Source of the DNA: Trichinella spiralis
Taxonomy: Eukaryota
DNA: 64,000 nt
Assembly (NCBI RefSeq): GCF_000181795.1
Contig: NW_003526943.1
Coordinates: 2,103,647 to 2,167,646, forward strand
Reading direction: 5' to 3'
Shown here: positions 1-15,010 of the stretch, in pieces
Layout of the letters: each line of letters opens with the position of its first letter
Numbering within the stretch: position 1 is the first letter of the stretch
The notes under the pieces: generated by a model
Told to the model about the DNA's origin: nothing
Databases searched by the model: none
The model's input: only the letters and a program-made list of their open reading frames with translations
Position numbers and translations under genes: made by a program

Positions 1-2636
1 CAATATGCAAACTTTAATTTATAAAAAATTTACATTTGCCGCTTTTCTACTGGATGAATGACCAATTTTCCATCGCAAAGAACAAACGCCTTTTCATTAT
101 TAAGCAAAATCATCTTCACCGTTCCAAGATAATCAGTTTCAGCAAGTAGTTCGCAAGCTAAAAATTCACATTATTATAATAAAATACATTTACATAAAAA
201 TATCCAACTAAACCTTTCTGACACATTTTGTAATAAAGCACTTTGTTGTTTATTCCAACAGCAAAATATTCAAAGCCGACGGCAATAATACTGGGTTCAA
301 TTTTTACCTCATACGTCATAATGTTTTCCTAGAATCATTCATTTCTTTCATTGAAACAACAAATAAGCAAAGCTAATAAAAATTTTCTTATCTCATATCC
401 ATCTTAAAATTATATTACTTAAAAAAAAGATACAGATTCTCAACAAACAGAAATTGCATTTAAATTCTCCTTGACAAGATTCTTTTGCTGCTTAGCATGC
501 ATTGATGAAATTTGATTATTGAAATAATTTTTAACATTTTGAAATAAAAATCAAACCCACTTTGGGAAATTGTGTTCTGACTGTAATTTCAGATAGAGAG
601 GACAAATAAGCCAGTGTATTGCCACTGCTCGCCCAAAGTGAAACCAGATGAATCAAATATACATGAACGCAAGCCGCATCTGTACTGAATACAAGAATTT
701 GACCGTCATCGGAACAGGAAAGTTTTTGCAAACGTTTTTCATTCGATTCAAGATTCAGAACCGCTTTAATATCTGCTAGACGACTCATTTCTCTAAGCTT
801 TATGCTAAATTGAACTTTTATGATGAGATTTATGCTGAAAATCAATTGACTACCTGAAATCTCCTGCCACAATCACTTTATTCGAAATTGAATTAACAAA
901 CAAACCACAAAAATAATTTTGAAAATCTTGTATGGAAAAAAGTTCCTAAAAAACCAACAAATAAAATTTTCAGAATCATTTTTAATTGAAATAAAAAGAT
1001 GAAAAATAATGACTGTTTTAAAGTGATTTTAGAGTGAACTTCAAAAAAAAGCAATAATAAAATCATACTTGTCCCATGGTACTCTGCCGGACAGACATTA
1101 AAACAGTTTGCCCTTTTTGAAAACCGAAAATGATCGATTTATCATCAAACCTGAAATCATTAAAAATTTTGAACTAACTCACTTTGATTGAATAATTACT
1201 TTTACCATGTACAATGTAAAATTTCACCGTATGCTTCATTGAAAGTGATTTTGTGCGTTGTTTTGAAACTTGGAAAGTCGAGCAGGAGAAGTATGCTTTT
1301 TGAAATAACCACACTAACCTGCATTTTTTTAAAAAAAGTATTTTTAAGAACAACAAAAAAATAATTACAAATTTTATACCGTCCCATTTCCAATTTCTTT
1401 ACTTTCCAAAACTCTTCTTTCTGTAAAATTCAAAAGTGATGGTACACCAGAGCATACATATGAATACAGAAGATCGCCTTCAGAATTTAGAACCGTTATA
1501 CTACAATCATCACTGCAAAGAATCAGTTGATCGTCGTCGGTGAATAATGCTTCTGTAATTTTTTTCGAATGAACTCCAATAACTGGCACAAGTCTAAAGA
1601 TTACCGACAATTAATTAACATCGGCTCTCTTGGTAAAACAGAAATAACGTCACTTTGAAAATTGCTGATAGTAGAAAAGAACGTTCCCTTTTTGAGTTCC
1701 CAGTGCAAGTATACGACTTCTGGTTGACCAAGCAACTGCAGTGAAGACATCCCTGAAAAATGACAACCAATGTAGAATGAAAAATAAACTGTCATTCAGA
1801 AAGGTAAAATTTTGACCACAAAATGCTAATAATATTGAATAAACAAATATACAGAAATTGTGAAATTAATCATCATTAATAATCAATGATAATTTTCATA
1901 AATTTCTGAAGGTTAAAGACTGAGTAGTAGTGAAAAAAATTATCAAGTATCATCGTTCGTATTTCATGTTAATCAGTAAGACAAATTATGAGTCATTTAT
2001 TTAAAAAATATTCAATTGCATTTTCAACTCATGTAAAAATCTTATAAATTCAAATAATTTAAAATACCACAAAAATAATACTTGATTTCAAATTTACGAT
2101 ACGGTAAGTAAAAAAGAAGAGTTGCAAAGCGGAGTAGTCGAAATGAATTGTTGTTGCCTACTTGACAGTGAAATTGGCTTTGATGACTTTTGCAGATTTT
2201 TTTTCAACGCTCCAAATAACAATCGAGTCTGACTCTTCATCCAAAAGTACCAAACTGTCTCCGCTCGGGTGCCACTCGACTGCATATGGTTTACTGGAAG
2301 TTTTTTTTCGACAAATTTACTGTAATTCATGAATAATGAAAATAAAGTTTACAAACCCAGCTGTCTGTATTTCATCGTATACATTCCCATGACGGTCATA
2401 GACAGTCAAAGTGTCGAGCAGTCTAATGAAGAGAACAGTTTGCAGTAGTGTTTTCAAAATGACAATACGTCGTGAAATTTTATACCTAATGACAGCCACA
2501 AGTTGGGCAAGTTTCGGTTGTATAGCAAATAGTATGTTCTTTTGGGCATTTAATTGGCACTCGACGTTGAATAGAAGCTAAACAGAATGAAAAAGTTTCA
2601 TTTGAAAATTTTATTTGGCAAAACTTATACCTTCAT
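1..2636 (-). CDS. WDR19: WD-repeat IFT-A subunit WDR19/IFT144 (dyf-2), multi-exon, 3' end runs off the window
   Basis: ATG AAG|gt at 2636. Spliced peptides TLTVYDRHGNVYDEI, VPVIGVHSKKIT...DDCSITVLNSEGD, IIFGFQKGQ and AVLNLESNEKRLQKLSCSDDGQIL follow the WDR19 N-terminal propeller (KIFDRHGQ, IPVLGKHTKRIT, LSWTDDGQLL). Confidence 0.85.
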
Positions 2637-3054
2637 GCTTTCTACAACTGTTGATTGGAAACTTTGTTGTCATGACAACATCTGCTATCGATTTATTGAA
2701 TGTTTTGAGCAACAAATAATGTTTTTCAAATAACGATAATTCACTGTTCACTAATACATTCATACTCAATTTCAGTCAGTTTAGCAAAAAATAAAAATTG
2801 GCAGTTTAAAGTTAAAAATGGCAAAAAAACACTTTTAATTTCAAACATAATTTTGCCATTGCAAGTTGAAAATAGACTGAGATTATTAATCGATTCCTCT
2901 CTGCATAAATGATGCAATCAATACATGCTAGACGAAATGAAAAATCAAACTGTAAATAAAATTTTTAAAACAAATGCATTTTTCCTTGACGGTAACATCG
3001 AATGGAAAATCAAGTGAGAAACCGTACTGTGGGAAAAGGAGATGAAAAGTGCAG

Positions 3055-3879
3055 TTACAGCCGCCTCGAGGTAGTAGCCTGGTTTCGAGTTGAGTTTCGT
3101 CTAGCTTGCGTTGTTTGTCGTACGTGTTATGCCATCAATAAACTATGCCGAATATCACAAGTCGTTTTAGCTGATAAATCCGCAGGGAACGCAGCTACAA
3201 ATGGTGACAGCGGTGGGATCGGAGGCATTCCAAGAGGATGTTGATCGGCTGCGGTTGTGACTTGGCAACTCCTGCCATCTGTTGCTGGTGTTGTTGGGTT
3301 GGTGATTGTGGTGCTGCTGCTACTGTGACTGAATAGTTGGGCTGCAATTATGACGAATACCACCTTTCTGCAGATACTTTGCCGCATAGCCAGCTTCATT
3401 GAATGAAGATGGGATTGTTGAATTTGTTTGTCGGTGTTTGCATTTGATGGACGCGCTACCATCTGTCCAGACACTGCCTGTGAAGGTAGTTGGCTGCAGA
3501 CCACTTAGCTGCAAATGCTACGTTCTAGCTTATCTGGGACATCAATAGCTGAAACTCGAATAATATCCAAGCTGCGAACAATTTGCCAAGCAATGTCGCT
3601 TTTCATTTCAGTATGTGATTCTCTCACCAGCAAAATAAGACGGAGACCATGATGACATTGAACAGAAAATGCCAAGTCAGAACTGTCCGGTACTGTCACC
3701 AAATCTACATCTTCATCCCTGTTACATCGTCAATGGCGCTCAGATTATCTTTGAAGATGCGCTGCATCAGGAAAACAAGCTCATCATAGGTGATGTCATC
3801 ATTCTGAATTGGTATTTTTCGAATGTCATCGTCGAGTTTGACTTCAACGATCAACGTTTGAGAATAATCCACACCACAT
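3055..3879 (-). pseudogene. TFG: Disabled, apparently intronless TFG (TRK-fused gene) copy with PB1 domain
   Basis: KLDDDIRKIPIQNDDITYDELVFLMQRIFK and DEDVDLVTVPDSSDLAFSVQ match the TFG PB1 domain but lie in different frames (deletion near 3720 removes IKY). In-frame TAA at 3505-3507, further frameshifts in the Q/P-rich tail, and the ATG at 3879 is out of frame. Confidence 0.8.
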
Positions 3880-4062
3880 GGAGTTTTCAAATTATTGTTT
3901 GCCCAAAAAGTGATGCGCCCATAAAAGCAATTTGCAAAGCAGAAGAATGGGAACGACGTCAACGTAACAACGCATGCCAGCAACGCCGCTACACACGGTT
4001 TTGATTTGTTTCAATAAATATCCATAAAATGTGTGCAACTTTTTTATTTTTTGTCTAATATT

Positions 4063-5835
4063 TTACATTCGAATAAGTAATGCGGCGTTAATCCACAACG
4101 AAAGCATGATCATCAGAATTGCGAAAGACCAATTGTCCAAAAGCATGTAGGACGAAATGGCGCGCAGTATAATTTCCTTCATGTCCGTCGGTTCAGCTTG
4201 CCAGCGTCCGATCTGCATCAGAATGTACAAATAGATCGGATGAATCAACATCAAGCACAAAACTCGACTGGTCAAATGTATCGGCTGTCCGTTGCTCGGG
4301 TTCAGCCTGGTGACAACCGGCACCACGAGCAGACAATAAATCAAGCCGAGACCGAAATTCAACAAGCTGCAAGCACAGATGAGCAAAGCGTACTCGATCA
4401 GCACGATCATGTGGTAGATTTTGAAAAAGTCGTCCACACGCCACTGATCGGGTATTGTGGAACCGAGAAAATGCAGCAGCAAGTGCGAGGCCAGAAAGCA
4501 GACGAACACAAAGTTCGGTATATCATTCACGCGGCCGACCAGCAACTTGGGCAACGAGAGCAGCAGACAGCCAACTGCTGGGGGGACGAAAAGCAAATGG
4601 GCGCCGGATTTCAAACTGGACAGCCATGCGGGCTGTTCGACTTCCGGAATCGGATCAAGATTCTGTTCAGAATCCGCACCGGTGAACCTTGCCCAAATGG
4701 CGGTCACTTTGAAAAGCAAAGTGAACGCGAAGCACAACACCGCTGGCATGTACATGCCGATCGAGATGTAGCGATCCGGGCTGGGCAAGACGTAGAAGAA
4801 GAACGACTGGTGCAGGATTTCTTGCAGATTGTTCAAGCTGCGCAGAGAGCCTTCAATAACACGGCCGAGCGAAAGCAGCGCTTCGGATGAATCTCGAAAA
4901 TCCCGCGCCGTCCTGCTGTAGTAGGGTCGCAGCGTGACTGCTTGGATGCCGAACCTGCCGCAGACGCTGTGCAAACCGTTCGGCTCACCGGCAGCCTGTT
5001 CCAGAATACCGTAATAGGCGGTCCTCAGTGAACTGTAATAGTCGGTACGTTGTTCTTGGTTGAAAATTGTAGGACGCAAATTGTGCTTGCGGATCAGCTT
5101 CACCAGCATGTTGATCAAGTCCAAGTTGGGCAGCTGACCGTTGAGCATGTGGTAGACGATGTCTACGTGACTGTAAGGTTCGACTTTGTCGACATTGACC
5201 ATCAGAGCTGCCTCGATGCGACCAGAACGAACCGCAATCTCGTCGTACGAGAACTGCTCCACCTTGCCCAAGTGATAAGCATCCAACCAGGCGAGCATGC
5301 CGACGTGAGACAGCTGCGGCAACAAGAACACAACATCCTTTGCCCAGTAGTTGCGCTTGGAAAACGACTCGGCAAAGGCGACCAGCAGACCAACAGCGGT
5401 CGGCGATTCAGGCGACGCGCCCAACAGTATACTTTCCGTACTGGCGCCACGCCTGGTGCGCAACGTCGCGCACACGGTCACGCCCGTACGATTGCCACCC
5501 CCAGCATATTCCTCTTTGACTGCAAAATGGTGCAAATAGACGTCCAAACCGAAACTCCGGAACCGCTCCACTGCCCAGTTTAAAGTACCAGCAGCGGTTT
5601 TTGATGCTTTCTGCGCTTCGTGAATCATTTGATAAATTTCTCCAGAATCGTCCAACTGTTCGTCGACCAGACCAGGAAGCAGAGCGCTTTCCGAAGTGTA
5701 CGTTTCTTCATTGAACAACGGATTCGGAATTAGCAGACAATAAATTAAGCCGATAACTGACGACAAAAATGACAAACTTTCCGACTTGCGAATTATTGCA
5801 CAACCAAATCGAACAATTGGCGAATTGGAATTCAT
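4063..5835 (-). CDS. GPAA1: GPI transamidase subunit GAA1/GPAA1, single exon, 590 aa
   Basis: Motifs TYTSESALLPG, RGASTESILL, YWAKDVVFL, NGQLPNLDLIN, RSLNNLQEILHQSFFFY and YISIGMYMP, plus C-terminal transmembrane helices. Confidence 0.95.
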   Translation of the reverse strand: MNSNSPIVRFGCAIIRKSESLSFLSSVIGLIYCLLIPNPLFNEETYTSESALLPGLVDEQLDDSGEIYQMIHEAQKASKTAAGTLNWAVERFRSFGLDVYLHHFAVKEEYAGGGNRTGVTVCATLRTRRGASTESILLGASPESPTAVGLLVAFAESFSKRNYWAKDVVFLLPQLSHVGMLAWLDAYHLGKVEQFSYDEIAVRSGRIEAALMVNVDKVEPYSHVDIVYHMLNGQLPNLDLINMLVKLIRKHNLRPTIFNQEQRTDYYSSLRTAYYGILEQAAGEPNGLHSVCGRFGIQAVTLRPYYSRTARDFRDSSEALLSLGRVIEGSLRSLNNLQEILHQSFFFYVLPSPDRYISIGMYMPAVLCFAFTLLFKVTAIWARFTGADSEQNLDPIPEVEQPAWLSSLKSGAHLLFVPPAVGCLLLSLPKLLVGRVNDIPNFVFVCFLASHLLLHFLGSTIPDQWRVDDFFKIYHMIVLIEYALLICACSLLNFGLGLIYCLLVVPVVTRLNPSNGQPIHLTSRVLCLMLIHPIYLYILMQIGRWQAEPTDMKEIILRAISSYMLLDNWSFAILMIMLSLWINAALLIRM

Positions 5836-6199
5836 TTTCCAAATTCACACGCAGTGAAGCGAAAATAGAAAAGCAGTTGAAACCCAAAGAGAAAAAAATA
5901 TCTAAAAAAGCTTCAACTTGTTGCTTTTTAATAGAAAACAGTTGTGAAAAAAACAAAATCTGCTCAACCTTTTCCAATCAAAAAGAAAACCACCAACTAG
6001 CAGTCAAACCGACAGCAGGCAATTGGTAGTTATTTTGTGAAAATCAAGATTCAATAAAAATTTTTTATTTTCAAATTGGCATTTTCACACAAATAGATAA
6101 AAAAGAATATTTAAAACAAAAACACAATTTTTAAAAAAGTAAACTGCATATATGTTTAATTGAATGTTTCAACTTCCCACAAATTTTTTAATGCGTTTT

Positions 6200-6372
6200 C
6201 TTACTGGTTATTCAAAACGGTTTTTCATTGGTTGTCTGTGGCAAAGTCAGATTGATTTTTGCTAATTGTTCATTGATTCGAACATTCCTGTTTTGATTAG
6301 CTGGAATATTTTTCATTTCATTGGTCCAAAATTTTTATTTACGATTACGCAATTTTAGTAAAGTGACGTAGC
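6200..6372 (-). repeat. Diverged copy of the dispersed CCAAT/CRE-phased repeat
   Basis: 6250-6372 aligns with 63715-63842 (ctaattg.tcattgattc.aa...tgattagctg.aata...tttcattggt.caaa...gattacg...agtgacgta). Confidence 0.75.
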
Positions 6373-6712
6373 TTTATCATTTCCAAGTTTCACTAAATAT
6401 ACTTTTAATAAATATTTACAAAGTTTTATCATTGATAACTGTTTTCTTTCAAAATATTTGTTTTACATTTTACACGTTATTTCAGCAATCAGTATTTTTA
6501 ATATCAATTCTTTTATCATTTTCTTTTTTTTGAATAAAATTTGACGAAAATAAAAAAGAAAAGAGGAACACTTCTGCGGATGTGTTTAAGAAAACATTCT
6601 GCATCGACTTTCCAAGCATATTTCTATCAAAATGAAGCAACACGAATACAACATTTGAATAATAAGAAGTTCAACTGTGTGTGAATCAGAAGCGGGATGT
6701 TGGAGATTAGCT

Positions 6713-6735
6713 GAAGAAGAAGAAGAAGAAGAAGA
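6713..6735 (+). repeat. (GAA)n microsatellite
   Basis: Run of gaa triplets downstream of the PBX gene. Confidence 0.9.
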
Positions 6736-7506
6736 CTGTTATAAGTTATATAACATGTTGAGAATAACTTCGCTTATAGCAAAAACAGATTGATCAACAG
6801 ATTTTCATTGTGTCTGTCGAAATGACAAACCAAATCCAATGCCGTATTGGTTTCAATTTTTATTGATGAGCATGTGTGAAAAAAATTAAAAAGAAAACCC
6901 CAAAGCAACGCGAGAGAAAGCCTCAAGCGGCCGTCGACTGTTCAATAAATGAAGCGTAACAGCAACAGCAACAACAACACGAGTGCTTTAATGAAAAACT
7001 ACGCAAATAAATTTTATCAATGACGCAATTCGGTTGTCAGCAACGACGACGACAGCTTAAGTTTGAAAAGTTTCAAGGAAACAACCAACGGACGGCACTA
7101 AGTAAAATAACGGCCGACGATCCATCCCAACACAACGGACAAAAAGGAGCAAATACAAAAATTAATCACGATGAATGTATTCTGCACACAATGAGAAATA
7201 AAACAATATTTAAAAAAATATAAAATAAATAAATTGTATAACAATTACAGTAGATGTAACAAAAGTTCAAAAAAAACAAATTGCGAATTTTTGATAAAAG
7301 ATTTGCACTTGGAAAAGGATAAAAGTAGAAAGATGTAGAAAAAGAGAGAGAGAGAAAGAGAGAGCTTCGTTATGTGAAACAAGCCATGCATGGTATTTAT
7401 TATTTGTTTTGTTGTGTATTTTTTTAAACCGCTCTTATTATTACAAAGCACGAGGAAGACAACAAGAACAAACAATAGAAAATTACGACCAAACCCAACC
7501 ACAACA

Positions 7507-9090
<1,584 letters not shown>

Positions 9091-10740
9091 CAATATAAGT
9101 ACACGATGTCCGTCCGATGAAAACAACAAATAAACAACAACGAACCGGTCCTAAATGTGCAAACGAACAATACTTCAAAAATGGAAACAAACAGAACAAC
9201 AACAAATAAATTCTATGCAAATGATGCACATCAGTAATGGGGTGGAAGTCAAAACCGGAATGAAAAGCGAGCAAAGAAATTTTCCGCTCCCCTATACTGC
9301 ATAATCATCACCGACAGTGCTTATTTCTCTCTCTCTCACACACACACACACATACTCAATGTGACGTTGCCGAGTTTCAAATTGCACGCTTTTATCACCA
9401 ATGTCATTCGAGCAAAAAGAATCATCAATAAAATGGAAAACAAACAAACAATGACATCGAAGATTACACGCGCAATTTAACACCTATCGTCGAATTGAAA
9501 TAACTGCAATAAATGGTCGATTTTTAACAGAAGAACACAGAAAGCAAGCAAACAAACAAACAATGATTTACAAAAAGGTTAATAAAAAACAAAATGCTTT
9601 TGAACAATGCCAAGCATGCTGTTTTCCAACATGCGCAACTGAGAAGTTATGAAAGAAAAAACCGCTACTACGGCTCAGTTGGCCACGCAAAGCACTAAGA
9701 CATCAATTATCTTATTGACATTGTATGCAGTTTCAAAAGAATAATTACATCTCGTCAGTCAAAGTGAGCAAAAAATCGAATTTTTTCCATCAGCGACAAT
9801 AAAATGACAGTGCAAAGCACGTGACGGCAGCCTACTGCCACCTATACATCAAACAGAAACATCAAAGCAAACTGAAAATGATAATTTCATATCAAAATTT
9901 AAAATATGAACAAGTATTAATACAACAAGTGTGCAATTGCACGAACAACAAACTACGAACGAATGAAAACGATCAACCAACTAATGATCATTAGACTGTA
10001 ATTTTTATTAAAAAAAAGCACGTATAATTTTTAGATATGATTACTGTAACTCTTTTGTAAAATGAATATAGTATAACATTAATAACAAATATCAAATATT
10101 AATTTTTTTTCTCATATAATTTAGTTTAAATTTTATTTAATCAAATTCATTGTAATTTAAATTATTATTCTGTTTTGTTGGTTGAATAAACTGTTTCAAA
10201 ACGCTTTTATAATTATTTATACGTAAATTGTTTTACGCCTTTTTAATTGTTTATTTTTAAAATTAATACTTTTTAGTAATTTTATATTATTTAAGTGCAG
10301 AATATACCATTAATTTAAAAAATCACTTAGTTTTACATTATTGTTCTTCCCTGCATTTATTGGTCAGATTTGATAAATTGCAAGATGAACGTAGGCTCCG
10401 TGTTATTGCTTAAAATATAATATAATTAATTAAAATAAGTTTGAAATGTGGCTAAAATTAATCACCCTTCATTAATAGACGTATTATTTCAATATTCTAA
10501 AATGTCGAGAACGAACGTAGAAACGAGAATGTTGAACAACTTACTCGAAATAATAATTTCATTTAAAACATTCGTGAAGAATCAAAAATAAACTTTGAGA
10601 AAATACGTTTATTTTAAGAACAAATAATGCATTTATTTTTAACAAAGTTTGCATGGTCATTTTTTATTTTTACCACCATATGAAAAATAGTAATCCCAAC
10701 ATTTTAAATGTTCAATATAAAAACACATATTTAAAAAATG

Positions 10741-13700
10741 TTACATTTCATGCTTATCTCTAAATATACCCGAAAATTTAAGGACGCTTTCATCAGTGCA
10801 TATGTTTAAAAACAGGACCTGTGATGACATATCCAAAGTTGACAGGCACATTCCTTTTGCAACGTTGTACAGCTTGTTATCCTAAAAATGTTTGATTAAA
10901 AATTACGCATATTTGAAGCTGCATAATTTATTTACTTTCAACTGCCATTGTTGCGCAGCAGATTCATCATCACACTTTTTTAACCGCAGTGTTTTATACG
11001 CGTCAAGACAAAGCAATTTCCCCAGTTTTAGTTGCCCATAGGAAGTGTATTGCCACAGAGTTTCGTCATTGTTGTTCGAGCAAGGGAGAAGCCGTAAAGA
11101 TGGCTGAATGCTTTTCATCAGTTTTTCAAAACCCAAACACAACGCACTTTCTACATGCTTAATCTAAAAATTGCATTTCTCCAAATAGTTGCTAAACAAA
11201 AAAACCACCAAAAGCGAATCCCAAATAGCATCTGTTTAGAATATGAAGTTTTCTTTTAAATGAAAAAATGAATTTAATTAAGCGCTGCAGTTTGTAATTA
11301 TATTTAATATCAATTTGCAATTGAAACATCTAATTACATTAATCGTCATATTTCTTTTCTTTGGTAGAAGCAAACAAAAAAACTGCATACAAAAATTACC
11401 TTTAGATATTTAACTTTATAATGGGAAACTGTTGAAAAAAATGGTGATTCTTCAATTGGGTGTGTTTTGTCAATCAACTGCGGATAAATATTTTCCATAT
11501 ACCAACGAAACGGCTTGCAGCCCAAACGTTTACGCAACTCAATACGTTCACTTACATTTCCATATGAATTTCTGAACTCTTGATATTCTGAATTTTCCAT
11601 AAATTTATCCTGAAATTTAAATAAAGTGCAAAACTTATGAATATCAAAATTATGAAAATTACAATTTAATTTTTATAATGCCCATTACTGTAGGGTTTGA
11701 AAAAAATTAGATATACTTCAAATAAAAGTAATAACAGTCAAAATACTCACAAAATATTCATCTAACCAGACTACAGCCGTTCGCACTAGGTTTTTTACTG
11801 ACGTGTCATAATGATAAGGTGAACCATAAGGACGTCGCTTTCTAAATACATGTCCAACCCTACTGCATGGTACAATTTCAAGGCTTCCGCCGCACATCCA
11901 AATCTAACAGCAAAGACAACTTGCACAATCATGCAACAGCTTTGGAAGATTAAAAATAAATAAAAAGTACACGAAATGAAATTTCAATATTTTCTCCTCC
12001 CCAAATTTCCATGCCAGCGTCATAATCGCCTAAATGACTAAAATTTGCATTTCACAATTTGATAAATATTAATACAGTAGCAATTATATTTTTTTAATTT
12101 ACTGAAAATAGTCTTTCATGATTGCAAACAAACCACCGGCCATCGTAGGAGATCTGAAAAAAATGTTTTTTTGTTAAAATAGAAAAAAATATATAAATAA
12201 TGCTTACTTTAAGGGCTTGATGTAGTTTTCTGGAAATTTAAAGTAAGACCATTTCGGATAATCCCATTTGAATAAAAGACGCCAATCAAGTCCACCCGTA
12301 CACAAAGGAGATTCAACATATTTGAACGTATCTGCATCAATAATATCAATCACTGGGCAGGCGACTCTAAAATAAAAAACACAACTACATCCTGTACTTT
12401 TTTTTCCTTAGTAGAAGAAGATAAAACGTTCACATGGTAGAATTATGATGTAGCCGAGTTAAAAGCGGCTCAAGCCATTGTTCATTCACTTCACAATGAC
12501 TGTCCAAAAACACCAACGCCTATTTCACCTGCATGAATAAAAAAACACGAAAAAAACAAAAGATCATAAGAATCAGCTCATACTTTTCCTGACGAACGCA
12601 AAGAAGCAAAAATCCGAGCACGAATCAAACCTTCACGCTTGGAGGTGCGAAGCACTTTGACCATCTGGGGCCAATGTCTGAACTTGTATTCTTCTAATTT
12701 CACCATTCCATCTCCTGAACAAAAAGGAAATATTATTTCAAATATAAAAAACAATTATTTTGAAAAATTAATTTTCATAACTTGCCCAAATCGCTGAAAT
12801 CGTCAACAAGTAAAATTTCATGCAACAAATTGAGCGGCGTTCGGGACAAAATACTGTTCACTAATCGAATTAGAACAGAATTTGCTTCATTGTAAAAGCA
12901 AATAATAATTGATGCTTTTGGAAGATCAGACGGAAATGTTTGAGAATGACAACTGAAATCGAAATTAATATTCAAAAAAATCTTTACAAAAATAAAGTAA
13001 CAAGAACAGATTTTTTTATGGCAAAGTATTCAAACAAATATGATTAAACAACATACAGCTGATGGCGTGTATCTGGAAGAGTTCTGTGATATCCTAAACG
13101 ATCGCTCACCAGAACATTAAAGCTATACCGGCTATAGCCAAAATCACGCAGATTCTTATCATCGAGTGAATCAATTTTTCCAATTAATGAATAATCGATT
13201 TCTCTGCTTTCATCACTGTTTCTAAAAAGTGAGAAACAAATTAAAAATAAAAAAATTTTTTTCAATGCACAACAACAAAAAATGAAAGCAAATGAAGTGA
13301 ACAAACGAACCGAAAAGAATCACGCAATTGAAAATACGTTTCACCCACTTGTGGCGATGAAACGAATTTCAATTTTTCATTTTCATCCATTTTTTCACTT
13401 TTTGATAAAGTATCCATCCAAGTTAAAAATTTATGGTGCCTAAAAAATACTGATTTCAAAATTGAACGATAATAATTGCAATTGTTGTGTGATATTTGTA
13501 ACTAATAACTTTAATGTCACTTTTTTACAGTAACAAATTTCAATTATCCGCCAGTTGATTATGTTGTGAACATGCACCAAACGTCTACAATTGAAAGTTG
13601 TCGAATGAAAATGAAGCAAAGAACTGCTTCTCTTATAAATATCGTACTTTCTGTGTGGTGGAGTAGAAATTTTGAAATTCAAGTACAGAATTTGCATATT

Positions 13701-13933
13701 TCCACTAAAGACATTTCAACGTGAAAAATGATTCTTTCAAAAATTTTGTTTAACATTTATTTCTTCTATTTTGATATGCTTAAAGTAACCGTTAAACAGA
13801 AAAAATACAAATACCTTATAATAAATAGCCAAAGGAGTAGCAAACAAAAAATGATGAGCAAAAGTGAACGTCGTCTTCTTGCTGTTAAATGAAACAGCTT
13901 GGTGATGAACTGTCTGCAGGCCGAGATTTTCAT
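10741..13933 (-). CDS. GALNT11: Polypeptide N-acetylgalactosaminyltransferase, GALNT11/gly-11-like, with C-terminal ricin-B lectin
   Basis: N-terminal TM anchor, [75 protein letters not shown] and QxW ricin repeats. Confidence 0.9.
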
Positions 13934-15010
13934 ATTTTCAAATATTCAAAAACAGAAACCTGTCAATTTTAACCAAATTATTTATAAATAAAAAATATCA
14001 AGTGGAAAATTCATTTTTATATTAAAAGAAAAATTCAAATCAACGTGAAGAACTATTCTTCTTCTTCTTTTAGTTATTGTCACCTTGCGTAAGAAAAAGC
14101 AGAAATATGATAACCAGTTTCACCAATTTTCATTCAAGCTTTCACTGTTTACTTCAACAAAGTAAATGCGAATTCAGCATGTTTAATTATACTGTAGAAA
14201 AATGATAAAATTATACATCATATTTTTGAAAAAAGTTTATCAATTTATTAACAAATGCCCATGCAAAAGCAACAAATATATACACAAAATTAGGTCAAGT
14301 TTGAAGAGCGACAAATTTTAGACAACAAGCAGAATTGTTTGCAGACATTTCGTTATTGAAAGAATTTTATAATTTCCGTACAGAAACGCCGTTAACTGAT
14401 GAAATCATCTGTTGAGAATTATTTTAAAGAATGCAAATGAATAAAATATGCAACGTGCATTTTATATTTAACAAATCAGTTTGTAAATAATTGATTTGAT
14501 AAATGTATGCATTTTCGATGTTAAATTTAATAAAGAACTTATGGAAATTATTTCGGAAAAATGTAAATTATGTAAATTAGTTTTATAAAATGTATTGATT
14601 GTGTACATACATACACACACACACACATATATATATATATTTGTATATATTAAATTTAAAATAACGTTGATCATGAACAAAATTGAATAAAATTTAAAAG
14701 AAGAATAAATTGTATAAATAACAAATAAGTTTGAAAAAACCGGTTTCAATAGAAACAATTGCTTTTTTTAAAATATTTAGCTGTTGAATATGTGAATTAA
14801 AATTTTTTCACAAATTTAAAGTGGCTTTAAAGTACTTTAAACTTTTCTCAGTTTGAAATACTGCAAATTTACACACAGAACAAGAAACAGTTACTGGCTG
14901 TGCTTGGTGAAATATACACTCCCCATAAAAGTATGATTAAAAAATTATCAAATAATTCTTATTAAAATTAATTATATATATACTTTCTTTCTTTCAGTTT
15001 TTCAAAGCAA

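Noticed and set aside
4198..5583. Long plus-strand ORFs (230 and 177 aa)
   Set aside because: Antisense shadows of the codon-biased GPAA1 CDS, with no recognisable motifs.
4063..5835. Horizontal transfer or contamination as the cause of GC-rich GPAA1
   Set aside because: The protein is animal-like and grades into host-like AT-rich flanks. Phylogeny is needed to exclude it fully.
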